Under the pieces are notes generated by a model that ran no database searches, was not told the origin of the DNA, and was given only the letters and a program-made list of their open reading frames with translations. A stretch of DNA of 62,706 bases, filler included, from Stramenopiles sp. TOSAG23-3 (Eukaryota), in the NCBI GenBank assembly GCA_900128585.1. It is 6 parts of 6 records of this genome, joined end to end, with 100 filler letters (N's around TTAATTAATTAA, not from the genome) between each part and the next. Parts side by side here need not be neighbours in the genome. Positions count along the whole stretch, not along the records: positions 29,514 to 44,122 come from LT642553.1; positions 44,223 to 58,820 come from LT642554.1; 4 more parts are not named here. One strand, given 5' to 3'. Made by a program: the position numbers and the translations under genes. Shown piece by piece: positions 43,190 through 52,410 of the stretch. Each line of letters begins with the position of its first letter. The first letter of the stretch is position 1.

Positions 43190-43972
43190 CTATTTTCGCG
43201 GAAACCGTTGCTCTAGTGTGCGCCATGGCTCTCGTTTGGAAATCATATTGGCACATGCCAAGCAGTTGTCGCTGCTATGGGACATGCCCACGTCGAGGTC
43301 AACGATTCTTTTCACGTTAAACGGGACATCCTCGTGAAACTGCAAAAACATTTCCTGCGACACGCGCTTTGCACTATTTTCTCGGAGCTTGGTGCGGCAA
43401 AACGAGTAAACTTCGTCCATGGGCATGTTTAAGGCATCGCTCTGACCGTAGCAAAGGACGCTGAGCGCCCTTATAAAGCTGCCGATGGAGGCCGCAGCAT
43501 CATGCACCGACAGGGAGTCGCCCTCGCCCCATTCCTCGTCCGTGGCGGTGGTCCTCGTTATGAGATTAAAAAGCCGTTCCATTCTATCCGTTAGTTCCAG
43601 CTGCGAGCCCTCCTGGTCCGTGTACAATATGAGCAGTACAATATACATGGTGTAGACGTCGCAATGGTGAGACGCCACCTCGGAGTAGCTTGTCGGGCGG
43701 TGCCTGACCGTGTTGAAAAACAGTCGAGCCAGCAGAACGTGCTCGTTGGAGGCCATGTCTAACTTGAGGACAACGCGGCAAAAATCTATAAAGCCCAATT
43801 TGGACGTAGGGTTGGAGTCGCAATGTGAGATCAAGGCGTTCGATACAGCATCCCACGTCGTGGACGCGAACAAGGCCTCAAACGTCTGGCTTACCTCCGG
43901 ATCATAGTTTGTAATGTGTTGATGACTGTTTTCTACAGGATTGAAGGGAATGTAAGTGAAAATTTGCCCCAT
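43190..43972 (-). CDS. Hypothetical protein, possibly degenerate EF-hand/calcineurin-B-like with N-myristoylation-type start
   Basis: 260-aa ORF starting MGQIFT; helical segments LGFIDFC, RMERLFNLI, VSQEMF are only weakly EF-hand-like. Confidence 0.5.
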   Translation of the reverse strand: MGQIFTYIPFNPVENSHQHITNYDPEVSQTFEALFASTTWDAVSNALISHCDSNPTSKLGFIDFCRVVLKLDMASNEHVLLARLFFNTVRHRPTSYSEVASHHCDVYTMYIVLLILYTDQEGSQLELTDRMERLFNLITRTTATDEEWGEGDSLSVHDAAASIGSFIRALSVLCYGQSDALNMPMDEVYSFCRTKLRENSAKRVSQEMFLQFHEDVPFNVKRIVDLDVGMSHSSDNCLACANMISKREPWRTLEQRFPRK

Positions 43973-44122
43973 TGGAATCGTTTGTAGGAAAAGAAAGAAA
44001 CAACCTTTTCAATATGAAGTGAATGAGATTATTAAGAATGAATAGGGTTTAAGTTGAAACTGTTTGTTCCTTCGTTCATTTGTTTGGTGGAATAAAATTA
44101 AATTAAATAATAATAATAATAA

Positions 44123-44222
44123 NNNNNNNNNNNNNNNNNNNNNNNNNNNNNNNNNNNNNNNNNNNNTTAATTAATTAANNNNNNNNNNNNNNNNNNNNNN
44201 NNNNNNNNNNNNNNNNNNNNNN
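44123..44222. other. Artificial contig-joining linker
   Basis: N44-TTAATTAATTAA-N44. Confidence 0.97.
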
Positions 44223-45056
44223 CTTCCCTTCCTTCTGAGTTCATTGAAAAGAGTTTTCAATATGTGTGCATGCACACGATTTTTGACACTAGGGTTGAAT
44301 TACTTCCTGTAGTCGAGCTATATTTATAATATTGGCAGGTTCTTACACAGTTTTGAACAGGTTTGATTAAAGTATCGGTGTGAAAAACGTTCTTCACTGA
44401 ACCATTCGCAACAACTTGCTCTTGCAGACACTGTGTTGGAAAGGGTCCGCGTTTCCCATTTTGTTCGGTAAATGGTGCAGCGCTGTTACGGTTTGTTTTC
44501 CCCCAGGTACCCTGGACTTTTGGTTATTTTTTTTCAAAAATAGAAAAAGAAGCGTTTGCGCCAAACTCTCGTGCCTAAATATGCAAAGGAAGCTTTGTAG
44601 TTACAAAATTGTGGAATGGTATGTGTGGTGCCGTTTCCACTTGAAGTGTTTCTCTTTTGTTATTAAAATTTATTTTACATGTCGGACTGTATTTACCTGT
44701 TATTAGTACTACTTTCCTCCATCATCATTCATTTTTGTTTCTTGTCGTCTTCATTTCAAATTTGAACACGATCCAATCCTTCCTATAGGTACATACTTAT
44801 TAGAATACTTCCAATGGTATTCACCTGGCTCCGGTTGGGGTTTCCGGACTCCTCGTAGTTAGGGTAATTATACCGCGAAAATGAATCTACTCAGCTTTTG
44901 TCCATTAAAAACTTTTTTTTAAAAGCAAGAAAATTGGCTGTTATTCATTTATTTATTTTTCTTCAAAATTAATGACGTAACTTAGCTTACTCCTCCTCGT
45001 AATTTAATACGTGTTTATAAAGATTTAACCATAAAGTTTTTAAAATTTGTCCTTTT

Positions 45057-48000
45057 TCACATGTACCCTTCCTCAATCAGAACAAGTTGCTCCAGATCCT
45101 GGTACAACTGTTGATAGTTTGGCCCCAGCAAGTTCTGCATCGCAATCGCAAACACAGCCTCGTCCTCTTCGACCCCATCTTCCCCACGCTCACACCTACG
45201 ATATCGTTCTTGTACAACGCCAAAGGCTGCCTCGAAACGGACATCTCCTAAAATACCCATGCACCTATCCCTAATGTTTTCCCGTCTAAGTTGGATTTTT
45301 CCTACATAATTTGATGGCGGGGGCACGTTATCATTTATGGCGCTTTGCGGATTTTCATCGAGATCCCCACCCTCGTCATCCGACGATTCGCTATAGTCAT
45401 CGCTGTATATTTCGAAGGCGTCAACTTCATAGCCGTAAGGGCTATCGATACGCTCATCGCTGGTCTTCAGCGCGGTTACTTTGCTAGGACTAGGGGACGC
45501 AATGGGGATTTCGTCGTATTTAGACTCGTGTTCTTCGCTTATAGGGCGGTCCAACCCACGAATAGGGCGTTCCCCCCCCCGAGACTGTAGGAGCGTTTTC
45601 CTAAGGGTGTTGCATCGCTGGGTTGCCATCTTCAATTCCTCCTTCAACTCTTCTTCCCTGTCTTGAAACGCTTCTTCGTCGTCGTCGTGGTCGTGCTGTT
45701 CGTCCGTGGCGTCAGTCACTTCATCAGTACCGATATCGTCGTCTTCTTCCAGGGATTCGTTGATTTCCATATCGTCACTGTCGTCAAAAATAGGGTGGTC
45801 TTCATGCAGCCGGGTGTTCGCCATAATGTCTTCAATAATAACACTCTCGTCAGCATCGTTCTCTTCGTCTTCATCGCTGTATTTTGACCCTGGCATTTCT
45901 GCAGCTATCGCCAAATCCCCGTGTCTCCTCATTGCCTCGTCGGCCAGTTCTTCGATTTCAGTTGGTTTCTTGGGAGAAGGGGAAAACAACGGTTGCGATG
46001 GCGACGGCGTTAAGGATTGGATTTTCTTCAACGCGGGTTTCACCGCACTTCCAGACGTCATGCGCTGCTCGATGGCCTTCTCTTTCGCGCGTTGTCGGTC
46101 TCGCAGGACGTCTTCGCGTGCAGCAGCCAATTGGCGACGAGTTTCTTCGTCCTTCGCCCGCTGCCGTTCGCGCTTTCGTGCTAGAACTTGGTCCCGTGTC
46201 GACAGCACCGCCTTGCTGTCATCTTCTCCGTACCCTCGAGAATTGGTATCTCTTCTGGCTTGCACCGCTGCCGGCGACGGCGGCGGAGACGGAGTTCGAG
46301 CTCGGTTCCGTCGTGACGGAAAAACAGACCTTATTACAGCCCCTTTGGCCCCCTTTTTGTTTCCTTGCATTTCATCCTGCTCTTCCTGTTTGCTGCTCCA
46401 AGCTTCGTTTCTGGAGAGCTCGCGCCGGTCATTTCCCTGCAACGCCCTGCGCTTGTCCTGCACAGGCTGCGTCTGTGGCTTTTTCGCCGCTACAACACTC
46501 TTCGCATCGTTTGTGGACTGCACTGCCGCCGTCTGCGCAGCCATACGGTTACGCCGCTGCTGCTCAACCATTCTGCGGCGCGCTTGTATGCCTTCGTCCT
46601 TGGATTGCTGCGCTCTGCGCTCTACTTCCTTCTCGGCTTCGCGGCGCTCTTTTGCCTTCTTGACAGCAAGTGCCATCTCTTCCTGCCGCTTCTTCTCCGC
46701 TTCACGAAGCTGCTTTTCCCGTTTCCGTTCGGCTTCGCGCTCCTCTTTTTCCACAAGTAGTTTAGCCTCCCGCTTTTTCTTCGCTTCCTCTAACATCCGG
46801 CCCATTCGGTCGTTCTCCTCTTTCCACTTCATCTTGAGTCCGCGCAGGCGGTCCTCTTCGCCCTTCTTCCGCTTTGCCGCCAACGCCTTTTCTTTTTTCC
46901 GGCGCTCGTTGAACCGCTCCCGTTGCGCCTTTTGCCTCGCGTCCCAATTGTCAAGCTCTCGAACGCCCTGCTGGTCGTCCGACACGTCCTTGCACTTGCC
47001 CTCTCTTTCGTCTCTTCGCACGGCGCGGTACCGTTCTTGGCGATCTTTCGCTCGCCGCTCTGCCTGTTCCTGGTTTCGCCGGGCGTCGTCGGCCAAGCGC
47101 TTGCGGCGTTCACCCTCGAGCTGCTTCGAGCGCTCTCGCGCGATGGCGAGCATGTCGTCTTTTGAGCGCGGCATGCCCGCGGTGGGGCCCGCTCGAACAG
47201 GGCCTCGCGGTCGATCTCGAGGTTGGGACGGTGCCTTCTTTGCGCGGTGGTAGCGCTGCCTGGCTGCCCTAGCAGCGCCTGCCCCTCCGCCGCCAAGCCC
47301 GTACCTGTTTCCTGCCATTCGGTGCTTTCTATCTTCCGCGCGCCGCTTCACGGCCAAGCGTTGCTCCCTCTCTTTGCGCAACTTGCCCAGGGCCGCTTTT
47401 ACGGCGCGTTTGCGCTCCTCCTCCCGCCGCAAGGCCGCCAAGCGCTCCCGCTCTTGGCGTTTTTTCTCCTCTTGCCGCCGGCTCCGAGGGGGTTTAGCAC
47501 CGCGGACGCGGAGTTGTTTGTTCTCGTTCTCTCTCCCCGAAGGGACGCTGCGGGAATCATCGTCTTCCATGATTTCGTTCCCCGTTTTGATGGCCTTGCG
47601 CACGACGCTGTCCAAGCCGAGCGACTTTAGCTGCGCGATCAGCGACTGGGCATCCCGGGCGGCGTTGCTGTCCAGTCTGCTCATGGTCTGGCCCAAGTTG
47701 TTCCCGGCCACTTTCATGACGGCCCGGCGAACCACCATGGTGCCGTCCCCGATGTTATTCTTTGGTCGAGATACAATGTCGGACATAAAATTCGCGATGT
47801 GTTTTTTGATTTTCGGGTTGCGAAGCGTCTCGTGGATCGAAGGGCGGGACGAAGGGTGCTTGGACAGCATTTTCTTGATCAGCTCACGGGTGCCGCTGCT
47901 GAACTTTTTGTCGACGGGGGGGTAGTACCCGCGAAGAATTTTGGACGACAGGCCGTTAAGCGAGTTCGCGTCGAAGGCGTGCTTCAAAGTGCAAAGCTCG

Positions 48001-48599
48001 TAAAGTATGCAGCCCAACGCCCATATGTCGCTCTTGTGGTTGTAGGGCTGGTTCTTGAACAATTCAGGAGACATGTAGTACGGGGTGCCGATGCAGGTCT
48101 TTGCAAAATCCATCGTGCCTTCGAGCACTTTCGATATTCCCAGATCCCCCAGAACGAGGCGCCCGTTCCCGAGTAGAAAAATGTTTTGGGTTTTCAAGTC
48201 TCTGTGCAATATGTTGTTCTCGTGCATTGCATGCAGACCGAGGCTTATTTGGACGAACCAGTTCAAGACCTGGTCCTCCCGAAAGCGGCGACCGGTGCGA
48301 GACTGCTGCTTGACGCGGTCGCTGAGGTCGCCCCCGTCGCAGTACGTCATGACTATACAAAGCTGGTTTCCACGTTTTGCAAAAAAAGAATCTTTGAACC
48401 CAACGATGTTCGGGTGCGACAACCGCTGCATAAGCTTCACCTCATGCCTGCACGCTTCCCTCTCTTTCTTCGGTATGTTCGTCAGCTTGATGCACTTCAT
48501 GCAGTAGTGTTTCTTTTCCTTCGTATGGCGCACCAAATAGACTTTCCCAAAGGACCCCTTCCCAACCGACCGAATAACCTTGTACTCTTCAACACCCAT
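45057..48599 (-). CDS. NIMA-related Ser/Thr kinase, NEK1/NEK4-like, with long coiled-coil and acidic C-terminal region
   Basis: VGKGSFGKVYLV, LSHPNIV, IVMTYCDGGDL, ILHRDLKTQNIFL, GDLGISKVL, TCIGTPYYMSPE, KSDIWALGCILYELCTLKHAF. Confidence 0.93.
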   Translation of the reverse strand: MGVEEYKVIRSVGKGSFGKVYLVRHTKEKKHYCMKCIKLTNIPKKEREACRHEVKLMQRLSHPNIVGFKDSFFAKRGNQLCIVMTYCDGGDLSDRVKQQSRTGRRFREDQVLNWFVQISLGLHAMHENNILHRDLKTQNIFLLGNGRLVLGDLGISKVLEGTMDFAKTCIGTPYYMSPELFKNQPYNHKSDIWALGCILYELCTLKHAFDANSLNGLSSKILRGYYPPVDKKFSSGTRELIKKMLSKHPSSRPSIHETLRNPKIKKHIANFMSDIVSRPKNNIGDGTMVVRRAVMKVAGNNLGQTMSRLDSNAARDAQSLIAQLKSLGLDSVVRKAIKTGNEIMEDDDSRSVPSGRENENKQLRVRGAKPPRSRRQEEKKRQERERLAALRREEERKRAVKAALGKLRKEREQRLAVKRRAEDRKHRMAGNRYGLGGGGAGAARAARQRYHRAKKAPSQPRDRPRGPVRAGPTAGMPRSKDDMLAIARERSKQLEGERRKRLADDARRNQEQAERRAKDRQERYRAVRRDEREGKCKDVSDDQQGVRELDNWDARQKAQRERFNERRKKEKALAAKRKKGEEDRLRGLKMKWKEENDRMGRMLEEAKKKREAKLLVEKEEREAERKREKQLREAEKKRQEEMALAVKKAKERREAEKEVERRAQQSKDEGIQARRRMVEQQRRNRMAAQTAAVQSTNDAKSVVAAKKPQTQPVQDKRRALQGNDRRELSRNEAWSSKQEEQDEMQGNKKGAKGAVIRSVFPSRRNRARTPSPPPSPAAVQARRDTNSRGYGEDDSKAVLSTRDQVLARKRERQRAKDEETRRQLAAAREDVLRDRQRAKEKAIEQRMTSGSAVKPALKKIQSLTPSPSQPLFSPSPKKPTEIEELADEAMRRHGDLAIAAEMPGSKYSDEDEENDADESVIIEDIMANTRLHEDHPIFDDSDDMEINESLEEDDDIGTDEVTDATDEQHDHDDDEEAFQDREEELKEELKMATQRCNTLRKTLLQSRGGERPIRGLDRPISEEHESKYDEIPIASPSPSKVTALKTSDERIDSPYGYEVDAFEIYSDDYSESSDDEGGDLDENPQSAINDNVPPPSNYVGKIQLRRENIRDRCMGILGDVRFEAAFGVVQERYRRCERGEDGVEEDEAVFAIAMQNLLGPNYQQLYQDLEQLVLIEEGYM

Positions 48600-50084
48600 A
48601 ATACTTCTTTAACCTTTCTTTTTTCCTTTTCGTCAGTTTGAATGAGTTGAATTGAATGCCTTTTCTTTCTTCTTCTTCTTTTTCATTACTTAATCTTTCT
48701 GATCATGGTTTATTCTTCCTTTTTTTTGTATATACAAATTCGTATTATCTGTAATCAACATTCAATCAATTATTATGACAAAAAAAAAAAAGTCAAACAA
48801 CAAATAATAATCAAAAAATAATAATAATCAAAAAAAAAGGAAATTGATTCATATGGTGTGACGACTATGGTATTAATATATTTTTTATAACAGCAAGAAG
48901 AAGAAGAAGAAGAGGTCTATCAAAAATTTAATTAAAAAAAACATAGTACTGTATCTATTAAATGACATAAAGTATAGGTAATATTATACTTATATATTCT
49001 ATTAAAATATCTATACATTTAATGTACAAGAATAGGAAGAGACTACGAAGTCAATCAAAAAAAGGAAAGAAATCAAAAAAAGAAAGATCAACATAAACAC
49101 AGCATTGCCATGAAGAATTCAAAATAAAAAAGAGTATTTTTTTTAATACTACTGTGTGTTAAATTATATTATACATTAAATACATAGAAAAACCAATATA
49201 AGGAAGATTATAGAAGAGACAATATAAAACGATATATATATTTAATATCCTTTACATATTATTATAATAATGTATAGTATAATACTGTATAATACATTAT
49301 TAATATAGAACAAAGAGAGGTAACAGAAGTGAAATAGTTTCAAGAAGAGATTTTAGAGAGCATATCGTGTAAATAACTAACTAATTAAATACAGAGGATT
49401 ACCATTGATTGATTTTAGATTTTCTGTGAAAGACATTTTCGATTAGTACGGTGGTAGGTATTATAGGTGGTAGTATAACCGTACAAATAGAATAAATAGC
49501 TACGAATAGCAAAGGCCTCCATTCCATTCCATTCTGCTGCCGTTGAAAGTTTCAGTCATATTATATTGTACATTAAGAACAAGCCAACAAGAGAAAGGAA
49601 CAAGGAAGAAGAAGAATCCGGAAGAAGAAGAAGAACTAAAAAACTTATTTTTTTTATTTTATTTTTAAATACACTGTATTTTTACAATGTACTGTAGACT
49701 GTAGTAAAAAAATACAGTATTAATTGTTTTTATTGTTATACTGTCTAATTATTTATTATTAATAATAATTTAAAAACATGAAACCGTGTTTTTTGTTTAA
49801 TTATTATATTAATCCTTAAATAATACACAATAAAATATAAGAAGTGCCCAATCCCCAATAATAAAAAATAATCACATCTTTCAATTTTAGAAGAAGGGCG
49901 TAGGTATCTTACTTAGGATAGCAACACAATTTATATAAAAAACTGTTTTGCATCTTGGGAATTGTTTCCTGTTCATGTGTCTACGGAATAGAGTAAATGG
50001 CAATTCTGTAGGCAGACCCTGACATTTGTGTGTGTGTGCCGGTCGGCGTAGCGGGTGTCCGTGAGACACACAGTAAGAGGTAAT

Positions 50085-51986
50085 ATGGACCGCTGCCCTA
50101 CTTGCGACAGCGCAGAATTCTCTGTTGACGAGAGCGCGGGAACTCGCACTTGTCTTGTATGTGGTGAGCTTACTGAAGGGTTTCAGTTGCAGGTTGTCGA
50201 GGAAGAAGTGCAGGGGGGCTTCTTTCGTCTATTGTCCCAGTCTCAATCCCAATCGCAGAACGTATCGCCCCAACGGAACGTTTCCACGGGCAGTGGGCCA
50301 GGACGGGGAGCGGAGCACGCTCCGAGGCACAACGAAAGGAAAAAGGGGAAACGCCGAGGAATAAGGTTGGCGAAAAGGCACGTCGACGAAAATGCATACC
50401 TCCTTGCAATGCAGTGGATTTTAGACAGACAGACGGATGACCTCGTGCGCAAATGCAACGTGAACAAACGGGTGAAGCGGACGGCCCTGTCGTTGTGGGC
50501 GAGGTATTTGGACGCGACGTTTGCACACGGAATAGACCTGGTGGACTCTTTCTTGGCTCACCGTTTTGCAAGAGAAGGTGCGTTTGAAGTGAGCTTGCTG
50601 AGGAAATGGCAGTTGGAGCATGGGGTGGGCCAAATGACAAGTGAGAGCGAGGGAAGCGTCCTTGGTTACCACAGCGACAGCAGTACGTATGAGATGGGGT
50701 TTCTGGGCGTATCAGATAGCGACTCGGTGATGGCATCAGACAGCGACTCGGTCAAGGGAGAAGCAAACGGCCCGAGCGCATTTGTGAACCGCATGAACAG
50801 CACGAATGCCCCGCCCGAACCATCAATGGCTTTGATGCTGGGCATATGTTACATTTCATGCATGCTGTGGAGGGAGCCTATCTTACCCACAGACATAGAG
50901 AGATGGGCCGACAACGGGACGTTAATGTACTGGGTGGCTTACTCATCCATGCCCGAACAAATGCAGGACGCCGTAGCGGATGGAAGGCAGTTTTTTGAAC
51001 CAGACCGTTACAAGAACGGCCCGACAAGGTGGCGCACGTCTGCAACAGTGAAAAAACAACAGCGGCATGCGGAAAACCATGTGATCGTTCTGCATGCTCG
51101 AGAACTAGCAGCAGCGCTGGGAGTGGAGTTGCCCGTCCCTAATTTCCCACTCATCGCTGTTCGTTTATCTTATCGGTTGGGGATCCCTTCCATTCTAGCT
51201 CAAACGGTGGCACTGGCCTGGTGCAATCTAGCGGCCACCGACAACTTGGTGGTCCTCGGCCAAGCACGGTCAAACCGCAGGACATGCCATAGAGCATTAT
51301 CAATTTCGTTTTCTTGTCTGCTGAGTCTGTGCATTTTTGAATTTCAAGATAATTGGAGAGATTGGGTCGCAACAATGCCAGAGAATAAGTTGCAGGGCCA
51401 CGTGGCGTCGTTTCTAGAACGCGAGGCAGAAGAGGATGGGCCCCGTGCGGATTTGTTTGCTGCGGAAGAGAGTACCGTCGCCGTTCCCTGGACACTTCAG
51501 GAGGTGTCTGCATTGCCGCAGTCTTCGCTGGATCGGTTTTTAGAATTCGTTGGGGGGCAGGTGAGTACTGTGCAAGGTTTAACAATGCCGCAACTTTCAC
51601 TGCAGTCGTACGCTGTGTTGACTTCCAGGCTTCCCACTAAACCTTCCAGTAGCAAACCACCTCGAAATTTATTGGGTCATGCACCCAGTGCCACCGACGA
51701 CGAGGTAATTGGGCCAAAAGCAGAAGTCCGAAAACGGAAGAAGAAGATTCAGAAGCGCACTGTAAATAAGTGGTTTGTCGGCCCCCGACTAAAGTACCCG
51801 GTCCACGACTTGAGGCTGCTTTTGGACTACATTGGGAGCAGTGTAGGAGAGGATGCGGTCTCTTTGCGGAAAATGTTCAAGATCGTTTCGAATCTAACTG
51901 CCCGCCGAACTGCCCCTGGCAGCCTGAACGTTTGGTCGAACGTTTTGCAGAGTTCGTACAACTGCATTGTTCGGGATGCCATTTAG
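50085..51986 (+). CDS. TAF1B: RNA polymerase I initiation factor TAF1B/Rrn7-like
   Basis: N-terminal Zn ribbon CPTC...CLVCG; QWILDRQ...LSLWARYL; GICYISCMLWREPILPTDIERWADNGTLMY. First ATG at 50085. Confidence 0.8.
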   Translation: MDRCPTCDSAEFSVDESAGTRTCLVCGELTEGFQLQVVEEEVQGGFFRLLSQSQSQSQNVSPQRNVSTGSGPGRGAEHAPRHNERKKGKRRGIRLAKRHVDENAYLLAMQWILDRQTDDLVRKCNVNKRVKRTALSLWARYLDATFAHGIDLVDSFLAHRFAREGAFEVSLLRKWQLEHGVGQMTSESEGSVLGYHSDSSTYEMGFLGVSDSDSVMASDSDSVKGEANGPSAFVNRMNSTNAPPEPSMALMLGICYISCMLWREPILPTDIERWADNGTLMYWVAYSSMPEQMQDAVADGRQFFEPDRYKNGPTRWRTSATVKKQQRHAENHVIVLHARELAAALGVELPVPNFPLIAVRLSYRLGIPSILAQTVALAWCNLAATDNLVVLGQARSNRRTCHRALSISFSCLLSLCIFEFQDNWRDWVATMPENKLQGHVASFLEREAEEDGPRADLFAAEESTVAVPWTLQEVSALPQSSLDRFLEFVGGQVSTVQGLTMPQLSLQSYAVLTSRLPTKPSSSKPPRNLLGHAPSATDDEVIGPKAEVRKRKKKIQKRTVNKWFVGPRLKYPVHDLRLLLDYIGSSVGEDAVSLRKMFKIVSNLTARRTAPGSLNVWSNVLQSSYNCIVRDAI

Positions 51987-52410
51987 GGTTCGAGGTGTAA
52001 CATGTGTCTGGTTTGGAATTTTTAAAGAGTTAGTACGGCCCTTGCAAGACTTCCTTGTACTGTACGAAGTACAAAATAACAAAAGTAAACGGGTAAAAAA
52101 AAACATTACAAGTAATGTTCATAAATTATGATTACAAATTACAAAATACTTTAAGTGCTGTGTGTGTGTACATATCATATCACAACATTATATTTGTGAT
52201 GATTGACAATCATCAACGACGAAACATACACTATATAATTTGTTTTTTTCATATAACAGCATTTATTTTGGTTTTTATCATGTATGATATCGTCAAATTT
52301 TAGTAAGCAACGCAAATGCGACCTCCTCCTCATAATCGTTTTCATACGAAAATGCCGTGGGAGAAGGTACAGCGCACCACATTGTGGTTGCATTAGCATG
52401 TTTAACTCGC

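Larger units (their letters stand above)
2632..44945. repeat. Dispersed ~25-bp motif AATAACAGCCAATTTTCTTGTTTTT (either orientation), 12 copies
   Basis: Copies start near 2632, 11001, 14842, 24443, 24796, 24867, 29133, 33792, 33826, 39636, 42995 and 44921. Confidence 0.9.

Noticed and set aside
44810..44880. GTATTCACCTGG followed by a small hairpin, U1-like
   Set aside because: Mismatches the invariant ATACTTACCTG and lacks U1 loops and an Sm site.
45706..47253. 515-aa antisense ORF, and similar long shadow ORFs opposite other genes
   Set aside because: Expected antisense open frames of GC-rich, charged coiled-coil CDSs; no domain signal.
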